64,000 bases of DNA, taken from NCBI GenBank assembly GCA_965204725.1, contig OZ242005.1, positions 4,736,001 to 4,800,000 of the forward strand, given 5' to 3'. Origin of the DNA: Candidatus Latescibacterota bacterium. Lineage in GTDB: Bacteria > Latescibacterota > UBA2968 > UBA8231. This document shows, in pieces, positions 28,695 to 38,083 of the stretch. The notes beneath the pieces are model-generated. The model saw nothing but the letters and a program-made list of their open reading frames with translations. It did no database searches and was not told the origin of the DNA. Position 1 is the stretch's first letter, and every line of letters begins with the position of its first letter. The position numbers were made by a program, and so were the translations under genes.

Positions 28695-29972
28695 TCAAGA
28701 GGCTCGCCGGCCGCGCCCAATGCTCCACCAGACGACGAGGGCCTCCACAGTGTGGCCGCTGAGTAGGGCACCCACGGCTTGGGTCGCGCCGTGGAGCTCG
28801 AAATTGGCGAGCAGGGCCAGCATCAGCAAGACGGTCGCCACCCGCGACGGGGCACTCGGCGCCATGGCTTGGGTGCGGTGCTGGAGCAGACCGATGCCGT
28901 GGAAGTAGCTACGTAGGCTGACGACAAAGGGAAAGCCCGTAAACAGGAGCAAGGGCGTCTTGCAGTCGGCGATCAACTCGGGGCCGATGCCGATCCAAGC
29001 GCCGAGTATGTAATGGACGGCCGGCGTCCAAAACAGCACCCCTATCCAAGCACAGGAAAACAGACAACAGCCCCAGCAGAAGCGGCGAATTTTGCCCAAA
29101 TCCCCTTCTTGGCGAAAGGCTGTCGGCAGGTTGCGTAGTTCGTTGAGCCAGCCGTAGGGGATGTGCCCGAGCGCATAGACGATGGTCAGCACGGCCAGCG
29201 CTTGGGTGCCGTCGGCACTGCGAGCGACAAACATGTTGATCAGCGGCCGGGTGCCGGCCTGCACGGCCATAATCAGCGCCAAGGGCCAAAAGAAGCGCAG
29301 GACGTACAGGTATGTCAGGGCCGGCGCGTTGGCTCGTGCGGGCCAGCGCACCAAGCACCAGCGGCCCCACGCGACCACGCCAAGCTCGGCGAGCGCACCC
29401 GTGTACACGGCGAGGACCGGCAGTGCGATGGGGGTCTGGCGGACGAAGCCGAGCGGCAGCAGCGCAAAGACTGCGAGGATGCTGAGGGCGATCCCGGTGG
29501 TGGTGGCGTAGGCGGGGATGTCGGTGCGGCGGACGCGGATGAGCGCACCGCTGTACAAGCGCGTCATCCCTTGTAGGACGGGGTAGGGGACGAGCCACAG
29601 CAGGGCCAAGCGCACTGCGTCGCCGAGGGCGGGATCCACCCCGTGCAGGTCGTTGATGATCCAAGTCCCCAGCGGCGTCAGCGCCAAGCTGGCTAAAATG
29701 CCAGCCAATAGCAGCCCGGCCGCGAGCACAAAGCGGGCGCAGACTCGGTAGCCTTGGGCGTTCTCGACGAGGACCAAGCCGAGCTGCCGCACTTGGGATA
29801 GGGTGCCGGCGAAGAATAAAGCCAATCCAAAGGCCAGCCCAAAGGCGGCCAGCGTTTCGACCGCCCGCGGCATCCGCGCCATGCCGCCGTTGAGGAACTG
29901 GCCGCTAAGCTCTTGCACCAGTGCCGTCACCACTAGGGGCAACATGAAGCGGGTTAGCTGGGCATAGCTCAT
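28695..29972 (-). CDS. ANKH-like (MOP/MATE superfamily) membrane exporter
   Basis: AVETLAAFGLAFGL, FFWPLALIMAVQ..RPLINMFVAR and GHIPYGWLNELR closely parallel the vertebrate ANKH segments as recalled. Confidence 0.72.
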   Translation of the reverse strand: MSYAQLTRFMLPLVVTALVQELSGQFLNGGMARMPRAVETLAAFGLAFGLALFFAGTLSQVRQLGLVLVENAQGYRVCARFVLAAGLLLAGILASLALTPLGTWIINDLHGVDPALGDAVRLALLWLVPYPVLQGMTRLYSGALIRVRRTDIPAYATTTGIALSILAVFALLPLGFVRQTPIALPVLAVYTGALAELGVVAWGRWCLVRWPARANAPALTYLYVLRFFWPLALIMAVQAGTRPLINMFVARSADGTQALAVLTIVYALGHIPYGWLNELRNLPTAFRQEGDLGKIRRFCWGCCLFSCAWIGVLFWTPAVHYILGAWIGIGPELIADCKTPLLLFTGFPFVVSLRSYFHGIGLLQHRTQAMAPSAPSRVATVLLMLALLANFELHGATQAVGALLSGHTVEALVVWWSIGRGRRAS

Positions 29973-30044
29973 CTACGCATCCGAGCGGTTATAGAGCTGT
30001 CCTACATCGTTCATAAGGGATGTTCTGCATGGCGTTTTGGGTAT

Positions 30045-30072
30045 GAGATACTTCGCTACGCTCAGTATGACA
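30045..30072. repeat. Second REP-like palindrome type (GAGATACTTCGCTACGCTCAGTATGACA)
   Basis: Resembles the widespread GTCATTCTGAGCG..GCGAAGAATCTC intergenic repeat; single copy in this window. Confidence 0.5.
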
Positions 30073-30105
30073 AGGGCTGGGGGGCGTACATTAACTTCAC
30101 CTTCC

Positions 30106-30360
30106 TTTGCGTCCGCCCTTTCTGCGGTTCCCGCTGCGTCCGGGATCGAGGGCGTCCCGCCCTCGACGAGGGCAAGATGCCCTCGATCCTTAGAGGCTGT
30201 CTGAAAACCCACCTTGGGGCATGTTGAACAAGCCGTAGAGACAGGATCCGTCATTCCCGCGAAAGCGGGAATCCAGACGGGATCGTTTAGACGCAAAGGA
30301 CGACCACCAGAGTTTTCAGACAGCTTCTTAGAAGAGTAGCGGCTGGTGGCGTGTAGTAAG
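30106..30360. repeat. Composite intergenic repeat, copy 2 (core 30142-30189)
   Basis: Colinear with 8721-8975. Confidence 0.88.
30193..30327. mobile_element. 135-bp MITE, copy 2
   Basis: Same TIRs as 8808-8942, flanked by TTA/TTA, with only a few substitutions. Confidence 0.82.
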
Positions 30361-30386
30361 GTGCAACCGTTCGCCGGGATGATCCT

Positions 30387-33023
30387 TCAAACTCTGATTT
30401 TTTCTGCTAATTGCTGCCGCACGTCCTTCCCAGCGACCATTTTCTCCGCGACCGCGAACAGGCCCTTGCCGTTGCTTTCTCGCTCCCACAAGGCGCCAAT
30501 GGTTCGCTTTTCGTTGGTGTCCGACCCTTCGGCGATGTGTGCGCCCTTGTATTCGACGACGAGGAGACGATCGTCGTTTAGCAAGGCGATAAAGTCCGGG
30601 TAGAATTTGTCTGTTGCGGTGGGTAGCCAAAACGAGTTGGGATGACGTGCGACATTGCGAATCCAGTACTTCACGGCCGCCAGACTGTCGATGACCTGAG
30701 CGCATTGCATTTCCTCGCCGTCGTCCGCGCCGTCAAAGGCGGGAACGCGCTCTGGCCCTAAAAAATGCTTGTGCGGTTTCCAACGCCCGCGATAGAACCG
30801 CTGATCCCAGTACATGTCGTCCGCAAATGTGAAGGTCGCGTCAAACGAGACCGTTGCGTTAGCCTCGGATTCAAAGAGGTACTGCTGATAGACACTGCTG
30901 CGTTCCTTCTGCCGAATGGCCGCGATTTTGCTTTCGATTTTCTTGGCGAGCAAGAACTTGCAACGCATCAGCGCGGCGATGGTCATGCCGCGTGTATTGA
31001 GCAGGTGATCGACGAGTTGGCGCAGCCATTTGAGCAGTTCGCTTTGGTGAATATCCATCTGGCGCACCTGCCGGTCGAGCCACAGGACGAGGGCCTCAAC
31101 GGTCCAGCCTTCGACGACCATGTCCAGTGCCAATTGCGCGTCTTCGCTGGCGAACTGGTAGGTGATGCGCTTGCCGTCGAGGTCAATTTCAAAGCTGCGC
31201 GCCGTCTCGCGGATAGTGAATTCCTGTTCGTCCATTTTCGGCGAATAATCGAGTAGCGACCAGTCGTGGTATTCCATGAACACATCCGTATCGGCGTATT
31301 CTAGGGTGCCTTGGATTTCCGCCATGAGACGCGGGACGGTGAATGGCTGCTCCTGTTCGGCCGGGGATAGGTGTTCTTTGACTGCGGCGCGGTGTTGGGC
31401 AACGGCGGTGGCAAACCCTTTTCGCTCCTGTTCGGGCAACGTCTCCGCAATCGCCTGCTCGCGGTCCCGATTGATCCAGCCGGTAAGCGCGATTTCGACC
31501 TGTCCTTCAGCGGTTTCGCGCGCTAGCAATCCGTCGTGCTTGGCCTCTTTGAGTTCGGATAGAATTTCCGGGGTGGCTGGGGTTGTATATCTGAATACCG
31601 GGTCTGGCTTTTCCGGCGGACCAAACAAGTCGCTCTGAAGGTCGAGCGTCCGCTGCACCGGCTCGATGTTGTCGCAGGCTTCCTCTTCCTCAAAGCCCAT
31701 ATCTACCAATTTGTCGGCCAAGGCACGGGCCGCTTCGCCAAAAGATGGCTCGGAGAGGAAGGCGTAGGCTTTGTTGAGGTCGGGTGCTTGGCGTCGCTTG
31801 GCGTAAGGCATCCGCAGGACGCGGCCGAGCAGCTGCTCGACGTCGGTCGCGCTTTGGATGCGCGATACCGAGCAGAAAATGTAGGCGAAAGAGCAGTCCC
31901 ATCCTTCTTTGAGTGCCTCAATCGTAATGACGTATTCGATGGGACAGGTGCGGTCGAACAAGTCAATGCCGTCGAGTCCGCGCTGGTCGCCGGTGGCAAT
32001 GGCGATTTTGCTTTCCGGGATTTTCTCAATGCCGATCAGGTGTTCTTTCAGGGCCGTAGCCGTTACTTCTTGGTTTTTCGGCTGCGCTTGGAACAAGACG
32101 ATGGGACGGATGTAGGCGGCATCGTCCTTGGCGGTCTCGGCAAGCGAAGCACAAGCGGCGATGGCTCCGTTCACCGCGTTCTGCCAAGTGTCGTGCTCGG
32201 CGAGCATGATGGGCAGTTTGATCATTTCTTCGCGCTTGAGTTCTTGGGCGGTGACGCTGTACAAAATGTTCGACTTGCGCTGCGGCGTCGCCGTGAACTC
32301 GACGATGGCACAGGGGTTGACCCGCGTCTGCATTTCCCGCGTCAGGCCGGTGACGGCGTTGTGGGCTTCATCGACGATCATCAGGGGCCGATGCCGATGT
32401 AGCAGGTTGGCGAAAGAGAATTTGACGTCGCCGTTGTCCATTTTCTCTAGGCCCGATGCGGCTTGCTGCACTGCGGAGAAGTGCGGTTCCAGCTCTTCGT
32501 TGTGGGCATACACTTTGCGCCCTTCGGTGCTTTTCACCCGCAGCGTTTGGATGGTGCCGACCACAATGCAGCAGTGGTCGCGCAAGTCGTGCGGCCGGAT
32601 GTGGGTGAAGTCGGCAATGTCGAATACGCGCACCCGGCCGGCGAATGCGTCGTCTAGCACTTGACGATACGCATGGCGGGTGTTTTTCAGGGCTTCGACT
32701 GTCTGCCGACGGATGGTATTCGTCGGGACCAGCCACAGCACCAGTGGATGGTCCTTTTCGACCCAAGCATTGCGGGCGATAGAGACGGCGTGAGCGGCGA
32801 GGATTGTTTTGCCGCCGCCAGTGGGCAGGCGCAGGCACACGTAGGGCACGTCCGGCAATTCTTCTAGCGGAGCGTAAGGTCCGGCATAGCCTTTAAGCCG
32901 TGCGGCCTGCTCTGGCTCTTGGGTTATGGCTTCGTAGGCGTTCTTCGCACCGGCGACGCGGGCTTCCTCCAAGAAGCGGCGCAGGACAGCGAGGGTGTCG
33001 GCTTGATATTGTTTTAGCTGCAT
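30387..33023 (-). CDS. Type III restriction enzyme Res-like subunit (SF2 helicase + nuclease)
   Basis: PTGGGKT, DEAH, TATP, LKEGWD, QLLGRVLR, and C-terminal FYPDF...VEYKG. Confidence 0.9.
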   Translation of the reverse strand: MQLKQYQADTLAVLRRFLEEARVAGAKNAYEAITQEPEQAARLKGYAGPYAPLEELPDVPYVCLRLPTGGGKTILAAHAVSIARNAWVEKDHPLVLWLVPTNTIRRQTVEALKNTRHAYRQVLDDAFAGRVRVFDIADFTHIRPHDLRDHCCIVVGTIQTLRVKSTEGRKVYAHNEELEPHFSAVQQAASGLEKMDNGDVKFSFANLLHRHRPLMIVDEAHNAVTGLTREMQTRVNPCAIVEFTATPQRKSNILYSVTAQELKREEMIKLPIMLAEHDTWQNAVNGAIAACASLAETAKDDAAYIRPIVLFQAQPKNQEVTATALKEHLIGIEKIPESKIAIATGDQRGLDGIDLFDRTCPIEYVITIEALKEGWDCSFAYIFCSVSRIQSATDVEQLLGRVLRMPYAKRRQAPDLNKAYAFLSEPSFGEAARALADKLVDMGFEEEEACDNIEPVQRTLDLQSDLFGPPEKPDPVFRYTTPATPEILSELKEAKHDGLLARETAEGQVEIALTGWINRDREQAIAETLPEQERKGFATAVAQHRAAVKEHLSPAEQEQPFTVPRLMAEIQGTLEYADTDVFMEYHDWSLLDYSPKMDEQEFTIRETARSFEIDLDGKRITYQFASEDAQLALDMVVEGWTVEALVLWLDRQVRQMDIHQSELLKWLRQLVDHLLNTRGMTIAALMRCKFLLAKKIESKIAAIRQKERSSVYQQYLFESEANATVSFDATFTFADDMYWDQRFYRGRWKPHKHFLGPERVPAFDGADDGEEMQCAQVIDSLAAVKYWIRNVARHPNSFWLPTATDKFYPDFIALLNDDRLLVVEYKGAHIAEGSDTNEKRTIGALWERESNGKGLFAVAEKMVAGKDVRQQLAEKIRV

Positions 33024-33026
33024 GGA

Positions 33027-34565
33027 TCAGGTCCGCGCTTTCACATCATAAGGCGTCTGTTTGAAGACGATGCCCTCCCGGTCGAGCGTCGCTGGCGTCA
33101 AGCGCGACTGCTCGCCATAGACCGTGAGCGGTCCGTCAAAAACAGGAGCCTCTCGCGTAATTTCCGCCCGAATCGCAGCGAGGGTCGCCCGGGTCAAGAC
33201 ATTGCCGCCGCCCGGTCGCCTGTCACTCAGAATGCCGTTGTAGAGCAGGGCGTAGGCGCGGCCATCGTGCAGACCGAGAAGCGGCGAGCTCCCGTCGCCA
33301 TTCCACGGCCGGCCGGTCTCGCTGAACCAGATATGTGCGGCCAGCACGGGAAAGCGGATGTCGGAGCGAATATGTCCTTCCTCGTCGAACACTGGCGGGC
33401 CGAGGCGATAGAAGCGGAAGCCGCCGCCGCCTTGCCAGCCGACGCTTTTGGAGATGCCGCCTTGTTCGCCGTCAATCACTTTGTTCAGGCGCGGGACGCA
33501 GTGAGTAATGGCGTGCTCGCCCATTTCTATGCCGATGTAGCGACGGCCCATTTTGTGCGCGACCGCCGCGGTGGTGCCGGAGCCGAGGAAGGAGTCGAGG
33601 ACGAGGTCGCCGGGGTTGGTGGCGAGGTGGAGGATGCGTTGGATGAGGCGTTCGGGTTTGGGTGTGCCGAAAACCTCCGCCTCGTTAAAGACGCGGGCTT
33701 CCCGTTTGGCCTCCTGATTGTCGCCTACCTCTTTGCGATACCACAAGGTCTTGGAAACTGTGCCTTGTTTCACTTCGGAGAGAAACCGCTTTATGGAAGG
33801 CACGTTGTTGCCGTGTTTGCCAAACCATACTCGGTTATCCGCTACCAATTCTTGAAAGCGTTCCTTTGAAACGACCCAACAACGACCCGCAGGTGGGTTG
33901 ACGACCCGTCCCGATGGCGTGGTGATGGGATAGTCATAAACGGCGGAATATGTCTTGACATCTAAGCCGCTGATTTTCCACTCGCCTCTCGGGTCGTCGT
34001 CCAAGTTCTTATAGCGGGCGTTCATTTCGGCGGTTCGCGGCAACAGATTCGGTCGCCACCTCTCCTTGCTTTTTGCAAAGCAAACAATATGATCGTGGCT
34101 ATCCGAAAGCCATTTTGCATCGTTCTGCGGCGCGTATTTTTTTTCCCAGATGACATTAGCCACGAAATTCTTCCGCCCAAATACCTCGTCCATGATGACT
34201 TTGAGATAGTGCAATTCGTTATCGTCAATAGACGCCCAAATGGAGCCGTCCTCGGCCAACAGTTCGCGCAAAAGTCCAAGACGCGGCCACATCATCGCCA
34301 GCCATTGCGTATGTTCGAGATTGTCGTCGTAGTGCTCAAATGCCGAGCGCGTGTTATACGGCGGGTCGATGTAGATGCACTTCACTTGGCCGGCGTAGAA
34401 CGGCAGCAAGGCTTTGAGGGCTTCGAGGTTGTCGCCTTGGATGAGGGCGTTGGTGGCGTCTGGGTCGCCGGTGGAAAGGTCAGGGGCTTCTTCGAGGAGA
34501 CGATAGGGGACTTGGGTGGCGGCGTGGAGGTCGGTGGGACGGGTTAGCCAGTGTAGAGTCGGCAT
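33027..34565 (-). CDS. Type III Mod-like adenine DNA methyltransferase
   Basis: IYIDPPYN, TPKPE, VLDSFLGSGTT. Confidence 0.92.
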   Translation of the reverse strand: MPTLHWLTRPTDLHAATQVPYRLLEEAPDLSTGDPDATNALIQGDNLEALKALLPFYAGQVKCIYIDPPYNTRSAFEHYDDNLEHTQWLAMMWPRLGLLRELLAEDGSIWASIDDNELHYLKVIMDEVFGRKNFVANVIWEKKYAPQNDAKWLSDSHDHIVCFAKSKERWRPNLLPRTAEMNARYKNLDDDPRGEWKISGLDVKTYSAVYDYPITTPSGRVVNPPAGRCWVVSKERFQELVADNRVWFGKHGNNVPSIKRFLSEVKQGTVSKTLWYRKEVGDNQEAKREARVFNEAEVFGTPKPERLIQRILHLATNPGDLVLDSFLGSGTTAAVAHKMGRRYIGIEMGEHAITHCVPRLNKVIDGEQGGISKSVGWQGGGGFRFYRLGPPVFDEEGHIRSDIRFPVLAAHIWFSETGRPWNGDGSSPLLGLHDGRAYALLYNGILSDRRPGGGNVLTRATLAAIRAEITREAPVFDGPLTVYGEQSRLTPATLDREGIVFKQTPYDVKART

Positions 34566-34651
34566 GGGTTAGTTTAGCCTCTATCCTGACATTCTTGTTT
34601 TATGGTAGGTCCTATCATGGAAAGATCGCATTCTCTCCATTCATGTAATTT

Positions 34652-35707
34652 TTAGCTATTGCCGTCAAGAAGTCTCGTAGCTGCCGTTCTTGCTCTTGCA
34701 ATCAATGCTTGGGTTTGTTCGGTGTTGTCTATAAAGATTTTTAACTCAGCAGACATCTGACGTTTGGTACGCTGGAATTCTTTTTCGATTTTAGGAGCAT
34801 CGTCCATATCTGATACGAGGTTCTCAAAAGCGTCGAGTGACCCTTGAATATCTTCTTCTGTATTGTCACACATCTGTATAAATTCAATCAGTTCATTCTT
34901 ATCCTCTTCTGCAATCTCGGACTCGCTGTTTAGTACTGCATTCAGGTTATTACCCATGCTTTCTAGGGCTTGTCGATATCGAATGTTGCCCTGCTGTAAC
35001 CATGAAGCGACCTCATCAATTTTAGGAGCCAATGAACGGATAATCGCCCGTTGCTTCTTAGGCCCTATATCTTTCGGACTTTTGAGCTGATCAGATACAC
35101 TTTCCATATCCAGTGCTAGGGTATTAAGACGTTCTCCTAATTCACCGACCATCTTCGTCATAGTCTCCATACTCTCTTCTAGCTCGACCCTATAGTCAAG
35201 AATACCACGTTCATCCTGATCGTCAGCTTCCGTTACTAGAGATTGTGTACCAGTGTCGGTTAAAGAAGAGCCTGTGGTGCCGAAATCGATAACGGGGCTC
35301 CCAAATTGTATTTCGCCAGTCCGCACCCCTTCTATGTATTTCTGAAATTCTTGTCTGGCATTGTTCATTTTTGTAAAGTGAGTACTGTAAGAAATAACAC
35401 GATACGATTGGAGATCGAACGGAACCTCCTTAATCTCTTGGGCGAGTAGTATGACTTTCTTCTTGAAAGCGTGTGCCAGTCCCAACTCGTAATAGACATT
35501 CGGATTCGCCGTCGATAGGTCCGCGATAATAAGATCGCTACCGCTTATCGACTGGACAATATCCTCCATGATATTTCGTTGGCTAAGAATATCATCGGCT
35601 CTCTTTACCTCATAGCCCGCCTTAGACAAAGGGTCGTGTATCAGATAATCATATATATTTTCAAATTCCTCCTCGAAGGGCATTAGAACAAAGGCTTTCG
35701 ATTTCAT
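34652..35707 (-). CDS. Nucleoside 2-deoxyribosyltransferase/TIR-like domain plus helical C-terminal domain
   Basis: AFVLMPF, RADD, IIADLS..NPNVYYELGLAH; low GC. Confidence 0.75.
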   Translation of the reverse strand: MKSKAFVLMPFEEEFENIYDYLIHDPLSKAGYEVKRADDILSQRNIMEDIVQSISGSDLIIADLSTANPNVYYELGLAHAFKKKVILLAQEIKEVPFDLQSYRVISYSTHFTKMNNARQEFQKYIEGVRTGEIQFGSPVIDFGTTGSSLTDTGTQSLVTEADDQDERGILDYRVELEESMETMTKMVGELGERLNTLALDMESVSDQLKSPKDIGPKKQRAIIRSLAPKIDEVASWLQQGNIRYRQALESMGNNLNAVLNSESEIAEEDKNELIEFIQMCDNTEEDIQGSLDAFENLVSDMDDAPKIEKEFQRTKRQMSAELKIFIDNTEQTQALIARARTAATRLLDGNS

Positions 35708-35976
35708 ACAAGAAATTCCTCCTTATATGCCATCTCCTTTTTCGTTTCCGATCTCTGCCATAGAATGGCCGGCACCAGATCCTTCAAAGGATGTTCAAAG
35801 ATCTCGGACGCGGTTCGATGGTTCGCCATGATCAATTCAGGAGCCGCATCCAGCATGATTTCTTCAAATTCGTCAAGACTGGCGGCCTCAATGTGCAAGC
35901 CCTCAATGTCGCTTTGAGCATAGAACACCTGCGCCTCGTCGTCCCACACAGCCTTTACCGTAAAAGTGCGCTTCAT
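35704..35976 (-). CDS. DUF1902 (HicB-like) antitoxin-type protein
   Basis: VKAVWDDEAQVFYAQSDIEGLHIEAASLDEF; AAGGAG RBS. Confidence 0.8.
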   Translation of the reverse strand: MKRTFTVKAVWDDEAQVFYAQSDIEGLHIEAASLDEFEEIMLDAAPELIMANHRTASEIFEHPLKDLVPAILWQRSETKKEMAYKEEFLV

Positions 35977-36044
35977 AATGTACTCCTTTCGCCGCACCAG
36001 ACTCGTAGTTCGTAGCGAAATCCTTCATCAACTATTCGTGGCAT
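35973..36044 (-). other. 23-aa ORF MPRIVDEGFRYELRVWCGERSTL, possible toxin remnant or coupling peptide
   Basis: AGGAG RBS; its stop overlaps the DUF1902 start (ATGA). Confidence 0.4.
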
Positions 36045-36564
36045 GGTTTTCTCCTAAAGAGTATGTACGGAAACTCGCGATTCTCGACCTGAATCGGTGC
36101 TTCGCCGCCCACTCGACAAGAAACTCGTCGGCTTCTTCTATGGTCAGGTAGCCAGTCTTAATCAGCGTCAACACCAAGTCCTCCGTCTTACAGAGCACCA
36201 AGTCTTCGCGGCGGCGTTGGCCCTTAGCGGACGCCTTGCGGTCCTGAAGCCCAGCGATCCAATTCCGCGTAAGCGCAACAGCCAGAACAGCGCACTCACC
36301 AGCCCCAAGCCGCCCACCTGCCCGAAGTTCTGTAAACAGGACAACCTCCACTGGATCGCGGACGCTTTGTAACTCAAGTGTGCCCGAAGCCACAGCATCT
36401 TCAACCACCGCCCTTTGTTCCAAACGCCTTACTTCATCAAAAACTTGGTCGAGTAGCACGACCGCTGTGCCAAGTTGACCGAGTAACTCAGTCCGACCGA
36501 TCTTGACAAAATTCAGCAAGATCGAAGTGTCGAGGACAATCGGCGTTGGGCCTTGCTGCGGCAT
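36028..36564 (-). CDS. PIN-domain protein (DUF3368-like)
   Basis: IVLDTSILLNF, LGAGE..VLA.A, DRKA. Confidence 0.8.
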   Translation of the reverse strand: MPQQGPTPIVLDTSILLNFVKIGRTELLGQLGTAVVLLDQVFDEVRRLEQRAVVEDAVASGTLELQSVRDPVEVVLFTELRAGGRLGAGECAVLAVALTRNWIAGLQDRKASAKGQRRREDLVLCKTEDLVLTLIKTGYLTIEEADEFLVEWAAKHRFRSRIASFRTYSLGENHATNS

Positions 36565-36574
36565 TCAAAGGGCC

Positions 36575-37798
36575 TCATTCCGCCAAATCGAGAATCGTCT
36601 CGTCGTCAATATCCAACAGCCGCCCTACTTCCAACAGCCGTCCCTGCGAAATCTCCTCGCGCCACCACGCTTCCAAAGCCAGCGACAGAATCTGCCAAGC
36701 CAATTCGTGGTCCCAAGATGCTTCGTCTGCGGAATCCTCTATATCCGAAGACGCCTTTACAGTGCGGAGGTATCGCTTGGCGTCTTTAGACTGGTCGAGC
36801 AGTGCTTGGGCTTGGGCTTGACTGACGAGATTCAAGCCGCGCAGCCGCCAAACCGCCGCCGCATAGCTCACCTCAAAGTGCCAAGCCAAAAGCACCACAT
36901 CGGCGTAGGTTACATGCTGTGAGCGCGCCGGGCTACGCAACTGACCTTGGATTCCTTCTTCAGTGACGGCATCCACCGCTGCTTCCTCGCGGCGCGTTCC
37001 CCGCCCCTTACCCAAGTTGTGCAGAAAATCTCGGAAGCCCTCTTCGGGCATGAGGAAGGCCGCGGCAAAGGCATTGGCCCGCTGTTCGGTTCGCGTCTTG
37101 GCATTATGAGCACTCGTAACAGTGGCCGCCTCATCGCGGTCCATAAGCGCGTGGCTGTGTTCGTGGGCAAACGAAAACCGCCGCCGCACCGGGGCTTGGG
37201 TGCGGTTGGCTAAAATCGCCATGCCGAAGTCGGGGCTACTCAGAAAAAGTCCCGAGATTTCATCGGGTAATGGCAAAGAGGCCGTCCAGATATTCTGGTG
37301 GGCCAAGGTCTCAGGCACTTTGACGGGGGCTTGGCCTAAGTTGAGACGCCGACGCTCTTGCTCGGCCACAAGCTGGCCTTGGGCAATCGCCTGCCCTACC
37401 GACCTCGGGGGCGGCAGTTCGTAACGCGGTAGAGAGACAGCAGACCTGCCGCCCGTTAGGCGTCGCAACGACGCCCCCTCTCGGAGCAAGCGCAGACAAC
37501 GCCGCGCTTGGTTTTGAACGACCTCCTTTTGCAGGCCCGGCTCGGCGCGAAAAAGCGCAACGACCGGGTCTTCCTGTTCGATCGGCCTATTCGGATCAAC
37601 AAACCATTCGACTGGCCGACCATACAGGTCCGCAAGATGAGTCAGCTCAAGCGTAGAGACCTGCCGCTGGCCGGATTCCATGAGGCTAATGGCGGACCGC
37701 TGGAGGCCGAGCGCGGCACCGGCGGCCTCTTGGGTGATCTGCTGGCTTTCGCGTACCCAGCGCAGCCGTTGCCCGATCTCTTCAGGAGTAATGAGCAT
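36575..37798 (-). CDS. XRE-family HTH fused to ImmA/IrrE metallopeptidase
   Basis: N-terminal HTH (ITQEAAGAALGLQRSAISLMESG); RRRFSFAHEHSH; EQRANAFAAAFLMP. Confidence 0.92.
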   Translation of the reverse strand: MLITPEEIGQRLRWVRESQQITQEAAGAALGLQRSAISLMESGQRQVSTLELTHLADLYGRPVEWFVDPNRPIEQEDPVVALFRAEPGLQKEVVQNQARRCLRLLREGASLRRLTGGRSAVSLPRYELPPPRSVGQAIAQGQLVAEQERRRLNLGQAPVKVPETLAHQNIWTASLPLPDEISGLFLSSPDFGMAILANRTQAPVRRRFSFAHEHSHALMDRDEAATVTSAHNAKTRTEQRANAFAAAFLMPEEGFRDFLHNLGKGRGTRREEAAVDAVTEEGIQGQLRSPARSQHVTYADVVLLAWHFEVSYAAAVWRLRGLNLVSQAQAQALLDQSKDAKRYLRTVKASSDIEDSADEASWDHELAWQILSLALEAWWREEISQGRLLEVGRLLDIDDETILDLAE

Positions 37799-37855
37799 GG
37801 AGTACCTCCGAATTCTAATGACGACAGTAAAGTTTAGATTATCGAACGAACTGTG

Positions 37856-38083
37856 TCAAATATCGGCATATTTCCTCCGGGTTGCTTTAAGAATGCCACC
37901 GCGTTTGCGAATAGCGTCCAATTGATCTGGATACTTATTCCGCACGGATTGCTCGCCGGAACCTGCGCTGGTTTTCGACCTTGGCACGGCGTATATCTCC
38001 CGGTTGCGTTTTTTGCAGAACCTTCGGATAAACGCTTCCTGCTGCTTGTCTTCGCAGAGGACGGTGATCTTTGAACGAGTCAT
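37856..38083 (-). pseudogene. Probably truncated TOPRIM-like partner of the AAA ATPase
   Basis: ITVLCED..QEAFIRRF...GSGEQSVR; only 75 aa and no downstream DxD motif; ATGA coupling to the ATPase. Confidence 0.55.
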
